Below are positions 19,112-24,228 of a DNA stretch of 24,228 nt, piece by piece. Positions within the stretch are counted from its first letter, which is position 1. Each line of letters opens with the position of its first letter. Made by a program: the position numbers and the translations under genes. The notes below the pieces were generated by a model. That model worked only from the letters and a program-made list of their open reading frames with translations. It searched no databases and was not told the origin of the DNA. The DNA comes from Hadesarchaea archaeon (GTDB lineage: Archaea > Hadarchaeota > Hadarchaeia > Hadarchaeales > WYZ-LMO6): NCBI GenBank assembly GCA_029259185.1, contig JAPDJF010000049.1:1-24228 (forward strand), in the 5' to 3' direction.

Positions 19112-19669
19112 ATGAGAGTTTTCGTGTCAATAGATATTAACGAGGAAACTAGACAGCGGCTAATCGATGTCCAGAAGAAGCTCAGTAGAACCGGAGCACG
19201 CCTTAAGCTCGTTGAGCCCGAAAACATTCACCTGACCATAAAATTCTTGGGGGAGGTGGAGGAGGTGAAAGTGCCATCGATTGAGGAAGCTCTCCAGCAC
19301 GCAACGGCTGGAACAAAACCTTTTGAAATGGTTGTGAGCGGTATCGGCGTCTTTCCCAATCAGAACTATGTGAGAGTCGTGTGGGCAGGGGTATCGGGAG
19401 GGAGCGAGGAGGTTCTCTCCATCCAACGGAACATCGATGGTGAGCTAGAGAAACTGGGGTTCCCTAAAGACACCAATTTCATTCCCCACATCACCCTATC
19501 TAGGGTGAAAAGCCTCAAACGGAAGGAGGACATGCTGGATTTCCTCAGGGAAACTGCCAAGGAAGAATTCGGAAAAACGTGTGTGCGGGAGATATCTCTG
19601 AAACAGAGTACTCTCACCCCCAAGGGGCCGATCTACACCACCCTAGCTCGGATCGAGCTGGGTAAGTAA
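19112..19669 (+). CDS. thpR: RNA 2',3'-cyclic phosphodiesterase / 2'-5' RNA ligase (2H phosphoesterase)
   Basis: MRVFVSI start, HLT and HIT motifs, RVVWAG, STLTPKGPIY. Confidence 0.93.
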   Translation: MRVFVSIDINEETRQRLIDVQKKLSRTGARLKLVEPENIHLTIKFLGEVEEVKVPSIEEALQHATAGTKPFEMVVSGIGVFPNQNYVRVVWAGVSGGSEEVLSIQRNIDGELEKLGFPKDTNFIPHITLSRVKSLKRKEDMLDFLRETAKEEFGKTCVREISLKQSTLTPKGPIYTTLARIELGK

Positions 19670-19978
19670 TCCATCTCCTTGTAAATTCCCAACGGGTTCT
19701 CGAACTCGGTCCACCCCTCTCCGTCCCACCTCCAGAGGGACTCGCAGTTACCGACCCACCCCTCCGTGGGGGAGACCATGTAGAAACCATAGGGGCGCAC
19801 ACACGGCATGTCGGCCAAGCGCACAAACTCCCTCCCGTCCCACATCCAGAGAATCCCAGGAACCGTTATCCACGAAGAATACGCTATCCGGGCCCAGAGC
19901 CTGGAGGCACTGGAATAAACCCCCGCTAGGATTGGAGAAGCCACACCCGAACCGTCGAGTCCCGTGGATTAGGTGCAC
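19633..19978 (-). pseudogene. Frameshifted fragment of a WDG-repeat (beta-propeller-like) extracellular protein
   Basis: One frame gives LQALGPDSVFFVD; another continues GILWMWDGREF...YMVSPTEGWVG...LWRWDGEGWTE, i.e. two copies of an S/P-x-x-x-W-x-G...W-D-G repeat; no clean start; 3' end overlaps thpR. Confidence 0.5.
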
Positions 19979-20175
19979 TCCCGAAAAAGTACGATCCTAT
20001 GATCAAAATGGGATCCGAGAAGGAACCGGCCACGAGACATCCAAAAATCTACCCAAACTCCGATGCCGAACCGTCCGAGGTGTGAGATGCCGCACAGAGC
20101 GGATGGATGCACTAAAAAGGGAAAGTGAACAAGGCACAACTTGGTTTCTCGAAAATGTTCTGAACCCAAAAGGGG

Positions 20176-20264
20176 TGGGCCCGCGGGGATTTGAACCCCG
20201 GACCTCCCGGTAACCACCAGAGAGTTATCAGCCGAGCGCTCTAACCTAGCTAAGCTACGGGCCC
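20176..20264 (-). tRNA. tRNA-Ile(GAU) with 14-nt intron at 37/38 (intron 20212-20225); CCA not encoded
   Basis: GGGCCCG acceptor stem, TAGCTTAGCTAGGTTAGAGC D arm, CTCGG-CTGATA[actctctggtggtt]A-CCGGG anticodon arm, GTTCAAATC T loop. Confidence 0.95.
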
Positions 20265-20285
20265 TCCAAACTTTTTTCTCGGAGA

Positions 20286-20303
20286 CTTAAAATCCTTTTT
20301 TCG
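20286..20303 (-). promoter_or_regulatory. BRE/TATA of tRNA-Ile
   Basis: Minus strand GAAAAAAGGA-TTTTAAG, with the TATA 22-28 nt upstream of the tRNA 5' end. Confidence 0.6.
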
Positions 20304-20478
20304 ACTCTTGCGGTCTTGTGAGAACCCAACGCATCCTCGACGCTCTCGACCAGCTGGTGCGGCCTGCAAACATCCGAGGGCGCGGCCGTCCTAGCACCAG
20401 CTCGACCCCGTGGTGAACTATTGAGCATTCCGATGGTGGCTCGGTTCACCATCTGAAACGATCAACGGTTATCTCCAT

Positions 20479-22152
20479 TTACACCTGATCGCAGCGCAGA
20501 CTCCTGAGTCGGTTCAGAGCGGACGCGATTTCAAATTTTCGGGGTCTCGCATAGTCCCCTAGTCTGGAGAGAAATGAAAATCCTTTTCTATCGAACTCCC
20601 GCTCAAAAGTTGAGAGGATCTCTCGAACCGTTTTGCCTTCAAGTCTCCTTGGGATCATCCTGAGCAATTCCCCTATGGTATCCACTTGGGCAGCTTCGAC
20701 GATTTGCTCTACCCTAGATAGATCGATGGTTTCTTTTCCGAACACGAGCTGGTTCGTTCCCTTCCCTTTGATCCTGATTTTTCCCCTCACCTCTGGAACG
20801 ATGCTGGGGGACCTCGGGACTCTCTCGGTTATCTTTATCCTTTTCGGTTCTTCCCTCATCCGTGGGCTCTTGAATTCTCGGGCTATTCGTTTGGCATCTT
20901 CCGTCACATCGATGGGGATATATGAGTCCATCATTATCACGGTATCCGCCACGTCGAAGTATTCTCCTATCCCCCCCATGACTAGAATCACCGAAACTCC
21001 AGACTCCTTTAACGATCCTATGACATCTATGAGAGGTGTTATCGGTTCTTTCTTCTTCGGAACGAGTTCTTGGATCCTCCGATCTCTTATCATAAGATTC
21101 GTGGCCGAAGTGTCTTCATCGATGAGCAAGAGCTTTGCCCCTGCTTCTAGGGCTTCAACGATGTTTGCCGCCTGTGAAGTACTCCCGGACGCGTTTTCGG
21201 TGCTGAACCTCTTGGTGTCACGCCCGTTGGGTAAGTTCGAGATGAACCCTGATATGTCGACACTTTCGACAAAGCGGCCGTCTTCTGCTCTTATCGCCAC
21301 CCCATCCTCAACCGTTACCACGAATTCCCGTCCATCTCCTGGGATGTGGTCATACACTCCAAAGATGAGAGCTTTCAGGAGGGTGGATTTCCCATGATAC
21401 GCCCCCCCTACTATCAAGGTAACTCCCTCCGGTACTCCCATTCCACTAATCACGCGGTTAGGACATTCGAAGGTGACCTCAAGGGATGGGGGAGACCGAA
21501 ACGGTATTCCATTCTGGAGGGGGCGATCGTCTACCCCACTACGTCTGGGGAGGATCGACCCATTAGCGACAAAGGCTACGAGTCCTCGTTTTCTGAGCAT
21601 GCTTCGGATGAATTCGGCATCTTCAATCGTTCGGAGGTGAGACCACACTTCGTTCTCATCCAAACTCCGATAAACGAGTGAGTGCTCCACTATCTCCGGT
21701 AGATTGACGAAGAACATCTCCTCAGCCTCCTTCCCCCATATCCTCCTCCCCCTGGCGGGAAGCCCCATATGAAATCGGGCACTCACCCCACTTTCATCTA
21801 TTTCCACGATGGAACGGTGGAGTACTTGCTGGCTCGGCTTCAATATCGTTATCAATCCGCTCTTTCCACTTCCCCGGTTTCTTGAGTGTTTGCAAGCTTC
21901 CCTCCAGAACATCCTGGTGAGGTAATCCTCTAATGCCATCTTCCTCGCTTTAGTGTTGAACGAATCCACGGGAAACCCAGCCACCGGCTGGGGTACCCAC
22001 ACCTTCATGGTGCTTGGAGGAGCGTAAGGATCGGCCTGCACATGTTCGATCTCTAACGTGAAATTTCTAAATTCGAACTCTCCCTCAATCCGTTTATATG
22101 CTTTATATCCTCTCCCATCTATTTCTCTCAACACCGATCTGAGTTTTTGCAT
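20479..22152 (-). CDS. ABC-class ATPase domain protein (COG3044 family)
   Basis: IDGRGYKAYK, HVQADPYAPPS, LPRRSG, GGAYHGKST Walker A, ASGSTSQA and LIDEDTSATN Walker B. Confidence 0.92.
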   Translation of the reverse strand: MQKLRSVLREIDGRGYKAYKRIEGEFEFRNFTLEIEHVQADPYAPPSTMKVWVPQPVAGFPVDSFNTKARKMALEDYLTRMFWREACKHSRNRGSGKSGLITILKPSQQVLHRSIVEIDESGVSARFHMGLPARGRRIWGKEAEEMFFVNLPEIVEHSLVYRSLDENEVWSHLRTIEDAEFIRSMLRKRGLVAFVANGSILPRRSGVDDRPLQNGIPFRSPPSLEVTFECPNRVISGMGVPEGVTLIVGGAYHGKSTLLKALIFGVYDHIPGDGREFVVTVEDGVAIRAEDGRFVESVDISGFISNLPNGRDTKRFSTENASGSTSQAANIVEALEAGAKLLLIDEDTSATNLMIRDRRIQELVPKKKEPITPLIDVIGSLKESGVSVILVMGGIGEYFDVADTVIMMDSYIPIDVTEDAKRIAREFKSPRMREEPKRIKITERVPRSPSIVPEVRGKIRIKGKGTNQLVFGKETIDLSRVEQIVEAAQVDTIGELLRMIPRRLEGKTVREILSTFEREFDRKGFSFLSRLGDYARPRKFEIASALNRLRSLRCDQV

Positions 22153-22202
22153 GTATGTGATTCATCCCCTTCAACTTATAAAGTCTGGTGGACGGATGCT
22201 CT

Positions 22203-23123
22203 TCATCTCCTCCCATGGCCCTGTATTTCTGCGTTGAGTGAGTGGAGTTCCCTCGCCAACCGCATGATGTATTTCACCCTCTCGGTCCTCCGCCTCCATT
22301 CCTCGGGAATGTTCTGGATTCCGTATCGGGCCCCACTTATCGCTCCGGTCATCGCACCGATGGTGTCGGTGTCTCCTCCAAGACTTATCGCGTACTCCAG
22401 CGCCTCGGTAAACCCATCGTTCTTCAAATGGGAGTAAATCGCGGTGGGGACGGAGTTATGGGCTTCTATTCCATTCCCCAGCTCCTCGATGACTTTTCGT
22501 TTATTCTCCAATTTCAGAAGTTCTTCTATTTTTTCGATTTTCCTCAAGTAGATCTCTTGATGGACGCACTTCCTCAGCTCTTCTAAGAACTCCTCCCGTT
22601 CCGTATCTTCAACTGCTAGCGCAACGGCTCTGGCTTGAAGCGCTGCGCCCTCTTTCCCGAGTTCATGTGCGTGAGTAAGCCCGCTAACAGCTCGAGCGAT
22701 CTCCCGGAGCTTTGGTGGGTCGTGGTACCACACGAGTCCTACCGGAGATATTCTCATAGCTCCTCCGTTTCCGTAGGAGCCCATCCCCCCAAACAGTTTT
22801 CCAGCCGCCTCCTGCCAGTGAACCCCCATCTTTATCATTTTGAATATGGTTGGAGGGCCAACAGCGTAACCCCGCCATGGTTCGAGTTCGTAATTTTTCA
22901 TGAAATTCATGATCATGTGTTCTCCATCAAATCCTCTCCGGGCGATGAGGGACTCCGCTACCCCTATCGTCATGTGGGTGTCGTCGGTCCACCTCAGATA
23001 TCCTCGTGGGCTTTCGGATTGTAGAAATGGGTTCCTTCCGAGCGCGTCCCCGACCGCACACCCAACCAAAGCCCCCTCGAACTTCTCGAGTGTCCCGAGC
23101 GTGTTCACCAAAAATTTTTTCAA
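22203..23123 (-). CDS. ADP-ribosylglycohydrolase (DraG/ARH family)
   Basis: GCAVGDALG, WTDDT, SYGNGGAMRI, THAH and GGDTDTIGAMTGAISGA; exact start uncertain. Confidence 0.93.
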   Translation of the reverse strand: MKKFLVNTLGTLEKFEGALVGCAVGDALGRNPFLQSESPRGYLRWTDDTHMTIGVAESLIARRGFDGEHMIMNFMKNYELEPWRGYAVGPPTIFKMIKMGVHWQEAAGKLFGGMGSYGNGGAMRISPVGLVWYHDPPKLREIARAVSGLTHAHELGKEGAALQARAVALAVEDTEREEFLEELRKCVHQEIYLRKIEKIEELLKLENKRKVIEELGNGIEAHNSVPTAIYSHLKNDGFTEALEYAISLGGDTDTIGAMTGAISGARYGIQNIPEEWRRRTERVKYIMRLARELHSLNAEIQGHGRR

Positions 23124-23153
23124 TGGGATTCAAAATATATAGCTCGACCCACT

Positions 23154-23774
23154 ATGTGGGCACACGGGGTGCTGGGCTCGAGCCGTCCGGCCCCTTGGAG
23201 ACGGGTGAGTTCTTGGAATTGTTTGATGTGTGGTGAGTGTTGTTTCCGTTTTGATGTGAGATTGAGGTGGGATGAAGCTATGGAACTAGCTAACACTTAT
23301 GGCGAGGGAGTACTCTCGGCGAGACCGGGTGGATTTGTACTCACTAGGGGAACGAACGGACGCTGTATCTTTCTCTTAGATCGGGGTGGTCTGAGAGCAT
23401 GTGGACTTCAAGGCAGCATGAAACCGATCGCATGTAAATTATGGCCTTTCAAAGTGTACTTTAAACCTAAGTATGGGAGGGACGAGGAGGCCGTGTTCAC
23501 GGTTGAAGAAGGGAGGTTTTTCGTGTACGTGGATCTCGGGTGCAAGGGCGTGAAGCTGGGAACACCTACGCCCGGACTGGTGGAGACGATATCCGAGGTC
23601 GTGAGGATAGCATTAAATCCCCGTCGAACTCACCAAGTGCGCACTACATCTCTTCTCTTTCCCCCAGCCAGTATTTCCCAAGCTGAAGCGATTGCGAGTT
23701 CAAAAAATTTAAGTGGGCTCCGAGCTAGGGTGAGTGAATGGCGGGAATACCCGAGAATTATCGAATGCTTATGA
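23154..23774 (+). CDS. YkgJ-family (CxxCxxCC) zinc/Fe-S cluster protein
   Basis: CLMCGECC, CIFL, CGL and KPIACKLWPF motifs; start uncertain. Confidence 0.85.
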   Translation: MWAHGVLGSSRPAPWRRVSSWNCLMCGECCFRFDVRLRWDEAMELANTYGEGVLSARPGGFVLTRGTNGRCIFLLDRGGLRACGLQGSMKPIACKLWPFKVYFKPKYGRDEEAVFTVEEGRFFVYVDLGCKGVKLGTPTPGLVETISEVVRIALNPRRTHQVRTTSLLFPPASISQAEAIASSKNLSGLRARVSEWREYPRIIECL

Positions 23775-23929
23775 TATACGAAGTCCTCCAAAATCTGAGA
23801 TTCTCTCGGTTCATCAAAGAGAGATATAACATGACTATGGAAGAATTCGAGAAGATGGATGAGGGAAGGAGAAAGGATATTTTGAGAGAGTTTCTCAAGT
23901 GGACAAACTCCGAACTACCTCACCGCTGA
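23771..23929 (+). CDS. Small hypothetical protein (52 aa) whose last codons lie in the IS-end remnant
   Basis: ATGA overlap with the YkgJ stop; helical charged sequence MIYEVLQNLRFSRFIKERYNMTMEEFEKMDEGRRKDILREFLKW. Confidence 0.55.
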   Translation: MIYEVLQNLRFSRFIKERYNMTMEEFEKMDEGRRKDILREFLKWTNSELPHR

Positions 23930-24106
23930 AGCGGTGGCTTCATGCTTCAACGACGAGGCTCGATCACCCATGGAAGGGCGGTTACGGGGGTCTTGACCTC
24001 CAGGCATTCGTTCGGGCCGCCCCAACCCTGCTCGAAGGATCCGACAGGCAACAACGCGGTCGCGGTCGAACCCCCCAGGAATTTTCGAAGTGCTTCTTGG
24101 GTTCAC
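23910..24106 (-). pseudogene. Decayed tnpB 3' end with omegaRNA scaffold and right-end hairpin (older IS200/IS605 remnant)
   Basis: Minus frame VNPRSTSKI-PGG-FDRDRVVACRILRAGLGRP...ASSLKHEA matches TnpB VNPxxTS / DRDxNAAxNIL with the Zn ribbon deleted; ends GAAG-C-CACCGC-TTCA-GCGGTG-AGGTAGTTCGG (hairpin 23921-23936). Confidence 0.75.
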
Positions 24107-24228
24107 CTTACCACCACCAAGGAGGCCCCGTCCGAGAGGGCGGGGAGGAATTGGTGAAAACTTTTTATGTATTGAAGGAAATAATCCCTACCGTGAAGCA
24201 GACGCTCTTGGTCAGGCTGAACCCCACG
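24107..24228 (+). mobile_element. Left end (LE) of an IS200/IS605 tnpB-only (IS1341-like) element
   Basis: Hairpin CCCCGTCC-GAGA-GGGCGGGG (24126-24145) resembling the RE hairpin at 100-119; guide GAGG at +16..+19 after TCAC (24103-24106); TATA TTTTTATG at 24162-24169; no tnpA between LE and tnpB. Confidence 0.75.
24193..24228 (+). CDS. tnpB: TnpB N-terminus, truncated by window end
   Basis: GTG-started MKQTLLVRLNPT resembles TnpB N-termini; TATA about 25 nt upstream; follows the LE hairpin. Only 12 codons are visible. Confidence 0.65.
   Translation, partial: MKQTLLVRLNPT

Noticed and set aside
20255-20452. 65-aa minus-strand ORF upstream of the tRNA
   Set aside because: It overlaps the tRNA and its promoter and has no recognisable motif.
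20711-20721. ACCCTAGATAG as a self-target of the left omegaRNA guide
   Set aside because: Only 7 nt match contiguously, a gap is required and it is not preceded by TCAC.

Overview
Archaeal chromosomal segment of roughly 50% GC, with TATA/BRE promoters, many apparently leaderless genes and two histones. The lineage cannot be fixed from sequence alone; it looks euryarchaeal, possibly Hadarchaeota-like. It is mostly housekeeping: NAD salvage (pncA, pncB), CoA synthesis (phosphopantothenate synthetase, panB), a divergent EF-1alpha followed by an apparently decayed rps10, translin, a four-gene SAM-enzyme block (TYW1/Taw1, NifB-like, AmmeMemoRadiSAM, Trm5a-like), deoxyhypusine synthase, CDC48, ThpR, an intron-containing tRNA-Ile(GAU), a COG3044 ATPase, an ADP-ribosylglycohydrolase and two surface proteins with class III-like signal peptides. 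Both window ends lie inside IS200/IS605 tnpB elements in the same orientation: a 3' end and right end at 1-127, and a left end and tnpB start at 24107-24228. The right-hand element sits at a TCAC site inside an older, oppositely oriented tnpB/omegaRNA remnant. The DNA flanking the left-hand element weakly resembles the other half of that remnant, suggesting a TnpB element that repeatedly occupies the same site of a resident miniature element.
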